This document shows positions 20,692 to 30,377 of a DNA stretch of 64,000 bases, in pieces (positions within the stretch are counted from its first letter, which is position 1; each line of letters starts with the position of its first letter). Source of the stretch: Promethearchaeota archaeon (GTDB lineage Archaea > Asgardarchaeota > Lokiarchaeia > Sigyniarchaeales > SOKP01); the NCBI GenBank assembly GCA_030599585.1, contig JAUVNS010000002.1, forward strand, positions 192,001 through 256,000. The letters run 5' to 3'. The notes beneath the pieces were generated by a model that saw only the letters and a program-made list of their open reading frames with translations, was not told the origin of the DNA and made no database searches. Both the position numbers and the translations under genes were made by a program.

Positions 20692-22937
20692 TGACGAAAG
20701 TAAAATTAAACGGAGAAGAAGTAAATGTTGAGATGCCAAAGAATGAATTCGAAAAAGTTAAAGAACTTCTAAATAGAGAGCCTAGCATAACAGAATTAGG
20801 TGGATTCGATGTGATGTGGAGCGAACATTGTTCGTATAAGTCGTCGCGTCCGAAACTTAAACTGTTTGAGGATGCTGAGGCAAATTACGACTATGTATTA
20901 GCAGGTCCCGGAGAAGACGCAGGAGTAATTGATATAGGGGATGGATACGCACTAGCATTTCGTATTGAATCTCACAATCATCCATCGGCAATAGAACCCT
21001 ATCATGGTGCTGCTACAGGTATTGGTGGGATTATCCGTGATGTTCTATGTATGGGCGTTCGACCGATTGCCTTGCTCGATCCCTTGAGATTTGGCCGTTT
21101 AGCGGGTAACTCACACTCTCAATGGCTATTTAAGTATGTTGTGAAAGGAATTGCTGATTATGGAAACTGTACCGGCATTCCTACGATTGGTGGTGAAGTT
21201 GAATTTGACGATAGTTTTGAAAATAATTGCTTAGTCAATGTCGCATGCATAGGTCTAGGCACAATAGAAGATTTTAAACACGCTCCAAGTAGAGCATATA
21301 ACCCTGGCGATTATATAATCCTAATGGGGGGGTCTACTGGGAGAGATGGAATTCATGGAGTAACGTTTGCTTCTCGAACTCTGACTGAAATGTCTGAAGC
21401 TGATAGACCCGCAGTACAAATTGGTGATCCTTTTACAAAAAAGATGATAATCGAAGCTACTTTAGAGGCTGTGAAAACGGGATATGTTAGAGGTTTAAAA
21501 GATTTAGGAGGAGGAGGTCTTACCTGCGCAACTAGCGAATTAACTGGAGATGGTAATACTGGAGCTAACATAGAACTGAGAAAAGTTTTTACAGCAGAAC
21601 CAGGTATGACATCATACGAAATAATGTTATCTGAATCTCAAGAACGAATGGCTTTTATCGTTAAACCAGAAGGGTTAGAAACCGTTCTTAACGTGTTTAG
21701 AAAGTATGAAGTGGCACACGCAGTAATAGGGAAAACTGACGATTCAAAAGTATTGAAAGTTTTTGACGGGGAAGAACTTGTCGTAAATATTCCGGCAAAA
21801 GCTCTTTCTGTATCTCCGACATTTAAAAGACAAGAAAAACGACCGGAATATTTAGATCAACTGCTCGCTCAACTTACTCCTGATCCAAGCAAGCAAATCG
21901 AAGAAATTATAGAAATACTGATTGCTTCTGAAAATATTTGTAGTAAGGAATGGATCTACCGTCAATACGATCACGAAGTCGGCGTAAGATCTGTAGTAAA
22001 ATGTGGAGACGGAGATTCGGGAGTGTTAAGAATAATAGGAACAAATAAATTCATAGCTGCGAGTGTTGGCGTAAATTCTAAACATTGTTATCTGGATCCT
22101 TACGAAGGAGCTAAAGGAGGGCTAGTAGAAATATGCGGAAATGTCATTACTACTGGCGCAAAGCCCATGGCGATGGTTAATTGTTGTAACTTTGGCAATC
22201 CAGAAATACCGGAATCGTTCTGGTATTTTTCTAAAGCTGTGGAGGGAATGAACGATTTTTGTAGATCTTTAAAAATACCGATAGTGGGAGGGAACGTTTC
22301 TTTTTATAACGAGGATGAAGTTACTAAGACAGCAATCAAAGCGACACCTCAGATTATGATTGTTGGATTAATTGAGGGTTTTGACAACATAATCACATTA
22401 CCCTTTAAAAAAGCAGGAAACGACATTCTTATTCTTGGTGAAACAAAGGCTGAACTTGGCGGTTCAGAATATCACTCGGTAGTACATGGACTTGAAGGTG
22501 GGATTCCCCCTAAAGTTGATGAAGCTCAGATAAAAGCTAAATGGGATTTCTTATCAGAAATGTACGATAAAAAGTTAATTAAAGCAAACCACGATATAAG
22601 TAAAGGGGGTTTTATTATAACTATTGCTGAAATGTGCTTTAAGAACAAGTTAGGAGCGGATTTAGATTTAAGTAGCTATAATAATAATGATTTAAGAGAT
22701 GATGAGCTACTTTTTAGTGAAACTGTTGGCAGATTCATTATAGAAACTGAGCCGACAAGTTTAAATGATATTATGCTTCTCGCGACTGAATTTAAAGTTA
22801 AAGTAACAAAATTAGGAGAGATACTCAATCAGCCAAAAATCTCGATAAAAGGTTTGAAAAATCAAGATATATCCCTGGATACTAATAAATTAAAAGAGAG
22901 ATTTCAAGACACAATACCGAATCTTATGGATAAATGA
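20691..22937 (+). CDS. purL: FGAM synthase subunit PurL
   Basis: WSEHCSYKSS, ESHNHPSAIEP, GRDGIHG, DLGGGG, SESQERM, GGNVSFYN; start at ATG 20691 or TTG 20688. Confidence 0.97.
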   Translation: MTKVKLNGEEVNVEMPKNEFEKVKELLNREPSITELGGFDVMWSEHCSYKSSRPKLKLFEDAEANYDYVLAGPGEDAGVIDIGDGYALAFRIESHNHPSAIEPYHGAATGIGGIIRDVLCMGVRPIALLDPLRFGRLAGNSHSQWLFKYVVKGIADYGNCTGIPTIGGEVEFDDSFENNCLVNVACIGLGTIEDFKHAPSRAYNPGDYIILMGGSTGRDGIHGVTFASRTLTEMSEADRPAVQIGDPFTKKMIIEATLEAVKTGYVRGLKDLGGGGLTCATSELTGDGNTGANIELRKVFTAEPGMTSYEIMLSESQERMAFIVKPEGLETVLNVFRKYEVAHAVIGKTDDSKVLKVFDGEELVVNIPAKALSVSPTFKRQEKRPEYLDQLLAQLTPDPSKQIEEIIEILIASENICSKEWIYRQYDHEVGVRSVVKCGDGDSGVLRIIGTNKFIAASVGVNSKHCYLDPYEGAKGGLVEICGNVITTGAKPMAMVNCCNFGNPEIPESFWYFSKAVEGMNDFCRSLKIPIVGGNVSFYNEDEVTKTAIKATPQIMIVGLIEGFDNIITLPFKKAGNDILILGETKAELGGSEYHSVVHGLEGGIPPKVDEAQIKAKWDFLSEMYDKKLIKANHDISKGGFIITIAEMCFKNKLGADLDLSSYNNNDLRDDELLFSETVGRFIIETEPTSLNDIMLLATEFKVKVTKLGEILNQPKISIKGLKNQDISLDTNKLKERFQDTIPNLMDK

Positions 22938-23007
22938 AATTAGAAATGTCTATCCATTAACGCTCTAGTTGAGCCTAAACCCAATTTTTCCTATATTTTT
23001 TTTTTGC

Positions 23008-23028
23008 TTGTTCGTATATCACGAACAA
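23008..23028. promoter_or_regulatory. Perfect inverted repeat TTGTTCGT-N5-ACGAACAA (candidate operator or hairpin)
   Basis: 8-bp perfect arms in the purL to 23110 intergenic region. Confidence 0.45.
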
Positions 23029-23109
23029 TTATAAAAAATAATCGAAGTTTAGATGTGTTCTAAGTTTTTCCTAATTATCAAATATAATGCTATATTTTAA
23101 GGAAGAATT

Positions 23110-23316
23110 ATGAGAGCCCGAGCATGTATTAAGTGTAAGGAATATATGATAATCCATGCAGATAACCCTTTAAATCGTAATAAAATTGATTTTTTTGAGA
23201 GAAAGCATCATTTACATACGCTGATTACCGTAGATCTTGAAGAAATAAAGGATCAATATCAAATAATAAAAAATAACGGTTCAAAAGAACCCTCCAACGA
23301 AACTACTAATTCTTAA
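23110..23316 (+). CDS. Small putative Zn-binding protein (CxxC...HxxH)
   Basis: MRARACIKCKEY...FERKHHLHTL; 68 aa. Confidence 0.75.
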   Translation: MRARACIKCKEYMIIHADNPLNRNKIDFFERKHHLHTLITVDLEEIKDQYQIIKNNGSKEPSNETTNS

Positions 23317-23869
23317 GATTCTATTTATAAATTATAATAGAATTTTAAAGCCATTCATCTGCTTTTAAATTTTTACTCACTTTTAGGAACATAAATTAGA
23401 TTACATTAACTCATTTAAAGAACTAAATGAATCTATAACTTTATATGATATAATAAGAAAAGGAGAAAAAAAAGAGAGATTATATTGGTTTAATTTCAAA
23501 ATTTTTAAGTAATAGTAGAGGAGTGAATATTTCTATACCGATTTTGTTTAGAAGTTTTTTAAATCATCACCTATTTTACTTAGTATTTTGTGGGAATTTA
23601 ATCCCATTTAATAAGTAGAACTGTGGCTATATAAATTTATCGATGGAATTATTTCAGAAGAAAGCTAATAATTATATTTTTTTGCCAACAACAAGTTTAA
23701 TTTTTGAACGTTTTATAAATATATGGTAAAACCTTGAACGTTTTAAAATTAAATTTGCTTTGCTAATTCCTAATTTAAAAAGTATTCATTTTTCAATTAT
23801 ACATATAGAAAACCTAATTTATAAGGAGTAAATAAATGTATTTATAGTATTATAGTTAAATAAATTATA

Positions 23870-24436
23870 ATGAAAATTGCGATTGATATTGACGGTGTTC
23901 TATTAGATATCATTATTACATATTGTGAAATTTATAATAGAAGATACGGCACTAATTACAAAAAGAACGATGTCGTCAAGTGGGATTTTTTTGCCGATTG
24001 GAATATGGATGAAGAAACAGGGTTCAAAATATTTTATGAAATTTATGAAGATTCTGGAAACATCCCTTTCATAGGTGAGGGTGCTCCGAAAATCATGAAA
24101 GAGTTAAATGAAAGGTACGACCTTGATATTGTTTCTGCACGTGTACCTGAATATCGTTCTTCAATTATAGATAAGTTAGATTCTCATGATATTATGGCGG
24201 GTATTCAATACACAGAGTTGATTTTATTACATCATCGACCGTACGATATCAAATTAAAACAAAATTACGATTTATATGTCGATGATAATCCAAACCTAGT
24301 AGAGCCAATAAAAATGATGAAAAATAGGACTCTATTACTTTTTGACCAACCTTGGAACCAAAACTCTGTGTGCGAAGATAATGTTCATAGGGTTCATAAT
24401 TGGTACGAAGTGGATAAAAAAATTAAAGAGATATAA
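23870..24436 (+). CDS. HAD-superfamily 5'(3')-deoxyribonucleotidase-like protein
   Basis: IAIDIDGVL, IVSAR, YVDDNP, LFDQPWN, VHNWYEV. Confidence 0.88.
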   Translation: MKIAIDIDGVLLDIIITYCEIYNRRYGTNYKKNDVVKWDFFADWNMDEETGFKIFYEIYEDSGNIPFIGEGAPKIMKELNERYDLDIVSARVPEYRSSIIDKLDSHDIMAGIQYTELILLHHRPYDIKLKQNYDLYVDDNPNLVEPIKMMKNRTLLLFDQPWNQNSVCEDNVHRVHNWYEVDKKIKEI

Positions 24437-24509
24437 GTTAATCTTTGTAGCGTCTTTCAGTTTGTTAAAAAATGTATCAATTAAAAGTTGGAGTAAGCTA
24501 AGCGCTTTT

Positions 24510-25517
24510 TTAGCGAGTAGCAAGTTGATATCTAGGATCAAATGCGTCTCTTAACCCATCCCCTACGATCATTAATCCAATTACACATATTGAAATCATT
24601 ACGCTGGGCCAAAAAGAGGCCCAAGGTGCATCGTAAAGATAACGTCTCCCTAAAAAAACATCACGTCCCCAGTCTACATATCGGGGATCAGTAAATCCAA
24701 GAAATGCGAGAGTGGCTAAACTTAAGATCAATCTACCGATATCAAAACTCGTAGAAATTATGATAGGTTGGATTGAATTTGGTAATACATGTTTGAACAT
24801 GATTCTCCAGCTACTCGCACCCGAAACTTTTGCTGCTGCGATATAATCTAATTCTTTTGCTTTTAAAACTGATGATCTAATTAAGCGAGAATAATAGGGA
24901 ATTCCTATTAATCCAAATATTAACACAACATGCTCAATAGTTGAACCAATTATAGCAAGAAAAGCTAAAGCAAAAATTAATCCGGGAAAAGCTAAGATTA
25001 TATCCATTGTTCTCATTATAATGGAATCAATCCATTTTCCATAGTATGCAGCTATCATTCCTAAAAAGATACCAAAAATTAGACTAATACTAACAGATGA
25101 TAAGGAGATTACCAAAGCAGTTTTCGTACCATAAATTATTCTCGATAGAACATCTCGACCAGCGTAAGCAGTCCCTAACGGAAATTCAGGGGATGGAGGT
25201 GCCCAGTCATTAATATTCCAACCCGTTGCTTGTTCATACGAATAGGGAGCAATCCAATGCCCAAATATAGCAAAAGAGATTATAATGAAGATTATAATGA
25301 CTCCAAAGAGAGTGAAAGATGATTTTAGCATCCTTTTAAGTTTACTTCTTTTTTTGGGATGGCGACTTTCGACACTCTTTCCTTGAAATTGATCAAGTCT
25401 ATATCTAGCGAGGAGGAGAAATTTAAAACTATTAATAATTTTTGTTCTTAGATTTAAATTCTTAATATTATAGCTTTTCTCCGTTTTTTCTTGAATTTCT
25501 TGATCTATATTGCTCAT
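24510..25517 (-). CDS. dppC: Peptide/nickel ABC transporter permease, DppC/OppC type (copy 1)
   Basis: LGT..GRDVLSRIIYG, DIILAFPG, EAA loop DYIAAAKVSGAS..IMFKHVLPN, GDGLRDAFDPR. Confidence 0.9.
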   Translation of the reverse strand: MSNIDQEIQEKTEKSYNIKNLNLRTKIINSFKFLLLARYRLDQFQGKSVESRHPKKRSKLKRMLKSSFTLFGVIIIFIIISFAIFGHWIAPYSYEQATGWNINDWAPPSPEFPLGTAYAGRDVLSRIIYGTKTALVISLSSVSISLIFGIFLGMIAAYYGKWIDSIIMRTMDIILAFPGLIFALAFLAIIGSTIEHVVLIFGLIGIPYYSRLIRSSVLKAKELDYIAAAKVSGASSWRIMFKHVLPNSIQPIIISTSFDIGRLILSLATLAFLGFTDPRYVDWGRDVFLGRRYLYDAPWASFWPSVMISICVIGLMIVGDGLRDAFDPRYQLATR

Positions 25518-25535
25518 ATTTTGAAAATTTTGGTT

Positions 25536-26558
25536 TTAATTTAATCTAATCCGCGGATCTATGATCGCTATCATCATATCAACAATAAAATTGAAAATTA
25601 TAACAACTATTGAAAACACCCAAACCGTAGCAATAATAATAGGATAATCCGATCTTCTTATAGCATTGTAAAAAAGCTTACCCATACCAGGTAATTGATA
25701 TATAACTTCAACAGCAATCATTCCACCCAATACAACGGAAAATCCCATTCCAGATAGGATAATTACAGGTGTAACAGAGTTTTTAAACGCGTGCTTATTA
25801 ATTATTTGTCTTCTTTTAACTCCTTTCGCATATGCAGTTCTTATGTAATCTTCCTCTAATGTTGAAATCATGCTTGCTCTCATTTGGCGTGAAATTGTTA
25901 CTAATTGAACAATTGTCAAAGCAGAAACCGGTATAATAAGATGCCATAAGTAATCAGTTAATAAATAAATCTTACCTGAAAGAAGGCAATTAAGAAGACG
26001 AGAATAGGTAATTGGTGGGGGTTCAGGATATCCCATTGTTTTGTATCCGAACATGGGGAGGATTTTAAATGGTGTACTTATGAAGATTTGCATCAAATAA
26101 CTAATAACTATAAATGCTGGCATAGAAACAAAAAAATATGTAAAAATTCTTGTAATATTATCCCTTTTAGTGTTTTTATGAGCGCCAGTAAACTTACCAA
26201 GTTTTAAACCGAGGTAAATTGCAATAATCATACTAATAGCCATAATTTCTAACGATCTAGGAAGCCTCTGATTAATAAGAATCCAAACAGGCCAATTTTT
26301 TGCTACTGTGTAAGAAAATCCCCAATTTCCGGTTAACATATCTCCCACAAATATTAAAAACTGAACAAATATCGGTTTATCTAATCCTAATCTCGCGCGC
26401 TCCACCAGATATTCGTCCCATGTGAATTTAGCGGGCATCCTCATCATTGCAGGATCCCCAGGTAGTAATCTTGTCATAAAGAATGTAATTACAAGGATTA
26501 CCAATAATGTCGGAATTATAGTAAGTAATTTCCTTAAAATGAATTTTATAAAACTCAT
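25536..26558 (-). CDS. dppB: Peptide/nickel ABC transporter permease, DppB/OppB type (copy 1)
   Basis: LPGDP, LGLDKPI, EDYIRTAYAKG, HAFKNS, DYPII, DPRI. Confidence 0.9.
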   Translation of the reverse strand: MSFIKFILRKLLTIIPTLLVILVITFFMTRLLPGDPAMMRMPAKFTWDEYLVERARLGLDKPIFVQFLIFVGDMLTGNWGFSYTVAKNWPVWILINQRLPRSLEIMAISMIIAIYLGLKLGKFTGAHKNTKRDNITRIFTYFFVSMPAFIVISYLMQIFISTPFKILPMFGYKTMGYPEPPPITYSRLLNCLLSGKIYLLTDYLWHLIIPVSALTIVQLVTISRQMRASMISTLEEDYIRTAYAKGVKRRQIINKHAFKNSVTPVIILSGMGFSVVLGGMIAVEVIYQLPGMGKLFYNAIRRSDYPIIIATVWVFSIVVIIFNFIVDMMIAIIDPRIRLN

Positions 26559-26659
26559 TGTAAATAATTATTTTTAATTAAAAGATTTTAGAAAATAACC
26601 TTAATCAACTTTTCTAGTAAATAATAGGAGTTTTAATAAATTAAAGAATCAAATCTTTT

Positions 26660-27682
26660 TTAGCGAGTAACAAGTTGAAATCTGGGATCAAGAGCATCTC
26701 TTAACCCATCCCCTACGATCATAAACCCAATTGAGGAAATTAAAATCATCACGCTCGGCCAAAAGACAGCCCAAGGCGCTCGCCAAATTTGTCTTCTCCC
26801 TGAGAAAATGTCGCTTCCCCAATCTATAAACTCTGGATCGATAAATCCAAGAAAACCGAGAATTGTAAGATTTATCATTACTCTACCGATATCAAAACTC
26901 ATTGAAATTATAACGGGTTGGATTGAATTTGGTAAAATATGTTTAAACATGATTCTCCAATTATTTGCACCTGAGACTTTTGCAGCGGCGATATAATCTA
27001 ACTCTTTTTCTTTAAAAACAGATGATCTAATTAAACGAGAATAATAGGGAATTCCGATCACCCCAAGTATCCACACAATATAGCTAAATTTAGCGCCCAA
27101 TATAGCAAGAAAAGCTAAAGCAAAAATTAGTCCAGGAAATGCTAAAATTATATCCATTACTCTCATAATAATAGAATCAACCCATTTCCCATAGTAGCCA
27201 GCTAACATTCCTAAAATTATACCAAAAATTAAACTAATACTTACAGACAATAAGGCGGTTACTAAAGCGGTTCTTGTACCATAAATTATTCGTGATAGAA
27301 CATCTCGTCCAGCAAAACCTGTTCCTAAGGGATTTTCAAGTGATGGGGGGTTCCAGAAGTTCAAACTTGACCCCATTGCTTCCTCATACGAATAAGGCGC
27401 AATCCAAGGCCCAAATAAAGCAATAGATATAATACCTAGAATTAATAAAACCCCAATGAAAGTAAAAGTTGATTTTAGCCAACCCTTAATCTTATTTTTT
27501 TTTTTACGATCTTGATATTGTATACCCGATGCTTGGAATCTTTCAATTCTAGGTTTAGGAATAAAGAGAAATTTAAAACCATTGGTAATCTTTGAAATTA
27601 GCTTCGAATTAAAATTACCTTCTAAATTTTCTTCAATATTGTTAAATTCCTGCTCCTTTTCTTGAATTTTAGTATTGCTCAT
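26660..27682 (-). CDS. dppC: Peptide/nickel ABC transporter permease, DppC/OppC type (copy 2)
   Basis: Same motifs as copy 1; close paralogue, including the C-terminal QLxTR. Confidence 0.9.
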   Translation of the reverse strand: MSNTKIQEKEQEFNNIEENLEGNFNSKLISKITNGFKFLFIPKPRIERFQASGIQYQDRKKKNKIKGWLKSTFTFIGVLLILGIISIALFGPWIAPYSYEEAMGSSLNFWNPPSLENPLGTGFAGRDVLSRIIYGTRTALVTALLSVSISLIFGIILGMLAGYYGKWVDSIIMRVMDIILAFPGLIFALAFLAILGAKFSYIVWILGVIGIPYYSRLIRSSVFKEKELDYIAAAKVSGANNWRIMFKHILPNSIQPVIISMSFDIGRVMINLTILGFLGFIDPEFIDWGSDIFSGRRQIWRAPWAVFWPSVMILISSIGFMIVGDGLRDALDPRFQLVTR

Positions 27683-27705
27683 ATTTGAAAGTTTTAAGCT
27701 TTATA

Positions 27706-28728
27706 TTATTTTAATTTAATACGTGGATCTAATGCCGCTATTATTACATCAGAAAAAAAATTGAAAATAATCACAATTATTGAAAAGACCCAAACCGAAG
27801 CTATAATGACATTATAATCAGAACCTAAAATAGCATCGTAAAAAAGTTTACCCATACCGGGTAATTGATATACAACCTCAACAGCAATCATCCCTCCTAA
27901 CACAGCAGAGAATCCCATTCCAGAAACAACAATCACAGGTGCTACCGAATTTTTAAGTGCATGTTTTTTAATAACATTTCTTCTTTTGACTCCTTTCGCA
28001 TATGCAGTTCTTATGTAATCTTCCTCTAATGTTGAAATCATACTTGCTCTCATTTGTCGTGATATTCTGACTAATTGAACGATTGTCAATGCAGAAACAG
28101 GGATAATGAGATGCCACAAGTAATCAAATAATAAATAGATATTACCAGAAAGAATGTAATTTATAATGTGAGAAAATGTAATTTGTGGAGGTTCAGGATA
28201 TCCCGCGGTTTTGTAACCGAAAATGGGAAGGATTTTAAGAGGTGTAGCAACATAAAGCTGCATGAAATAAGTGATAATTACAAAAGCTGGAATAGAAACA
28301 AAAATGTAGGTAAAAATTTTCGCAAGATTATCCCTTTTAGTGTTTTTATTAGCAGCAGAAACTTTACCTAATTTAAAACCAAGAATGATCGCAATGACCA
28401 TACTAATAACCATAATTTCTAACGACATGGAAAGCTTTTGATTAATTAAGAGCCAAATAGGATAATCTCTACCTACAATATAAGAATTTCCCCAATTTCC
28501 TGAGAATATATCTCCAAGAAAAACTAAAAATTGAACATAAATCGGTTGATCTAATCCCAATCTAGTAACTTCCCTCAGATAATCTTCATATGTCGCCCTT
28601 GGGGCCATTCTCAACATTGCAGGGTCTCCAGGCAACATTCTTGTCATAATGAAAGTAATTACAAGAATTACAAATAATGTTGGAATGATGGTAAGTAGTC
28701 TTCTTAAAATAAAACGAATTAAACTCAT
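27706..28728 (-). CDS. dppB: Peptide/nickel ABC transporter permease, DppB/OppB type (copy 2)
   Basis: Same length (340 aa) and motifs as copy 1. Confidence 0.9.
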   Translation of the reverse strand: MSLIRFILRRLLTIIPTLFVILVITFIMTRMLPGDPAMLRMAPRATYEDYLREVTRLGLDQPIYVQFLVFLGDIFSGNWGNSYIVGRDYPIWLLINQKLSMSLEIMVISMVIAIILGFKLGKVSAANKNTKRDNLAKIFTYIFVSIPAFVIITYFMQLYVATPLKILPIFGYKTAGYPEPPQITFSHIINYILSGNIYLLFDYLWHLIIPVSALTIVQLVRISRQMRASMISTLEEDYIRTAYAKGVKRRNVIKKHALKNSVAPVIVVSGMGFSAVLGGMIAVEVVYQLPGMGKLFYDAILGSDYNVIIASVWVFSIIVIIFNFFSDVIIAALDPRIKLK

Positions 28729-28892
28729 TTTTTAGGAACTTTACTCAATATTTTACCTTAAATATTGCCTATCTATCAAAAGATAACGATATTAGATTAA
28801 TACTAGATTAGTAGAATAAATTATAAGAGCTATAAAAACTAATTGATTTAAAGGAAACTTTCATAAAAACCAAATACTAAAAAAATTAAAGC

Positions 28893-29738
28893 TCAACCCT
28901 TAGCATAAGTACCAAGAGCGTAAAAATAATCTAATTTTTGAAGAATATTTTTTCCATAACTCATTTTTAGATTTACTTCATTTTCTCTTTTAGTTAGTTT
29001 AATCAAGTCAAATAACCTATAAGAGAATTTCGAATGTTTTGGGAATATTATATTATTAGCTCCAAGTAAAATGCCCATTTTAATGAGTTCCACAGCAACG
29101 CTTAAATTTTTTGCAATTAAGGGTCCTAATCTTAATCCAGAGATTAAAGCATAACCTTTTTTTTCAACAATAATTAATTTCGAACCATGAGTCAACTTTA
29201 TGCTCAAAAATTCACGCCTGTCAAATCCAATTGCAGCTCTGTCAATATTAGCAGCCCATTCAGGAAGCTTTTTAAGAACATTCACATTTTCATTTACTTT
29301 TTGTGTTTCATGTAATTGGCTTGGTAAATCGTACAAGGCTGTAGTATAATTGCTTCGAAAGCCAAATTTTTGATAAATAGGAGCTCCTAATTCTGATGCG
29401 TATAGCATGAAAGTCTTACACCCTTTCCTTTTACCTATTTTTACCAAACTATTAAATATAGAAGTGCCTAGTCCTTTGGACCTTACTTCTGGAAGAACTG
29501 CCATATACCCAATAGAACAAGTATCTCCGAAGAAAAATATACCCCCTAATCCAATAATGATACCGTCTTCCTCAGCAACTAAGAATTCTGCAATATCATA
29601 CTTTATTAGGCTTGTTAGCAACTTTTCTTGGTTTTCAAGATCGGGGGGAATTGTACGATTAAAAGATCTATAGAGAATTATTAAAGATTTATGGAGCTCA
29701 TTTATTTTTAATTCTCTAATTAGAAAAGGTTGCATCAT
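28893..29738 (-). CDS. GNAT acetyltransferase with YitH-like C-terminal domain
   Basis: MAVLPEVRSKGLG, LYASELGAPIYQKFGF, IDRAAIGFDR, RLGPLIA. Confidence 0.85.
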   Translation of the reverse strand: MMQPFLIRELKINELHKSLIILYRSFNRTIPPDLENQEKLLTSLIKYDIAEFLVAEEDGIIIGLGGIFFFGDTCSIGYMAVLPEVRSKGLGTSIFNSLVKIGKRKGCKTFMLYASELGAPIYQKFGFRSNYTTALYDLPSQLHETQKVNENVNVLKKLPEWAANIDRAAIGFDRREFLSIKLTHGSKLIIVEKKGYALISGLRLGPLIAKNLSVAVELIKMGILLGANNIIFPKHSKFSYRLFDLIKLTKRENEVNLKMSYGKNILQKLDYFYALGTYAKG

Positions 29739-29774
29739 ATTCTAATAAAAATAGCTAATTATGAAATAAAAAAA

Positions 29775-30377
29775 TTATTGCATTGAATCATATCCCATTA
29801 AGAGAGCTTTTAAATTGGCGTCAATTGCTTTTTTTGGTACAACTTTAGGTACTACTACCTCTAATTGACTTAAACTTAATGGAAATCCTTCAGTTTTAAC
29901 CAGTGCCCCTAATAAAACTAAATTTGAGGTAAGAGGGTTGCCAGCTTCATTTGCGATACTAGTAGCATCTACTAAATGAATATTTTTTGTGATTTTTTCC
30001 AGTTGCCTAAGAATAGTTTCTATTGATATATAGGTTTCTTCGTTGTTGTTTACTCTGTCAAATGTGCTCTGAACGGGATTCCAAGTGTAATTGTTAATGA
30101 TTGTAATCCCATTAGGTTTTAGAAATTCAACGTACCTTAGAGCTTCGATCGCTTCCATCCCTAACAGAGCGTCAGCTTCTCCGTATGGTATTAACGGTGA
30201 AAAAGTATTTTCTCCTATTCGAATATGTGTATATATTGACCCCGATCTCTGGGCTAGACCATGAGTTTCTGCTGTTCTGATGCCAATTCCAAATTCTGCA
30301 CAAGCTATTCCGATGACATTAGAAACGAGCATCAAGCCTTGACCTCCTACGCCACAGGTCATAAGATTATAAGTCAT
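29775..30377 (-). CDS. iorB: Indolepyruvate:ferredoxin oxidoreductase beta subunit
   Basis: GVGGQG, AETHGLAQRSGS, GEADALLGME..EALR, NLVLLG, NLKAL..G. Confidence 0.93.
   Translation of the reverse strand: MTYNLMTCGVGGQGLMLVSNVIGIACAEFGIGIRTAETHGLAQRSGSIYTHIRIGENTFSPLIPYGEADALLGMEAIEALRYVEFLKPNGITIINNYTWNPVQSTFDRVNNNEETYISIETILRQLEKITKNIHLVDATSIANEAGNPLTSNLVLLGALVKTEGFPLSLSQLEVVVPKVVPKKAIDANLKALLMGYDSMQ

Larger units (their letters stand above)
24510..28728 (-). repeat. Tandem duplication of a ~2.15-kb dppB-dppC unit
   Basis: Colinear paralogues offset by 2150-2170 nt; 53-nt identical block at 25819-25871 and 27989-28041. Confidence 0.9.

Noticed and set aside
23549-23608. 19-aa minus-strand ORF (MGLNSHKILSKIGDDLKNF) behind a TATA-like box
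   Set aside because: Too short, with no homology evidence.
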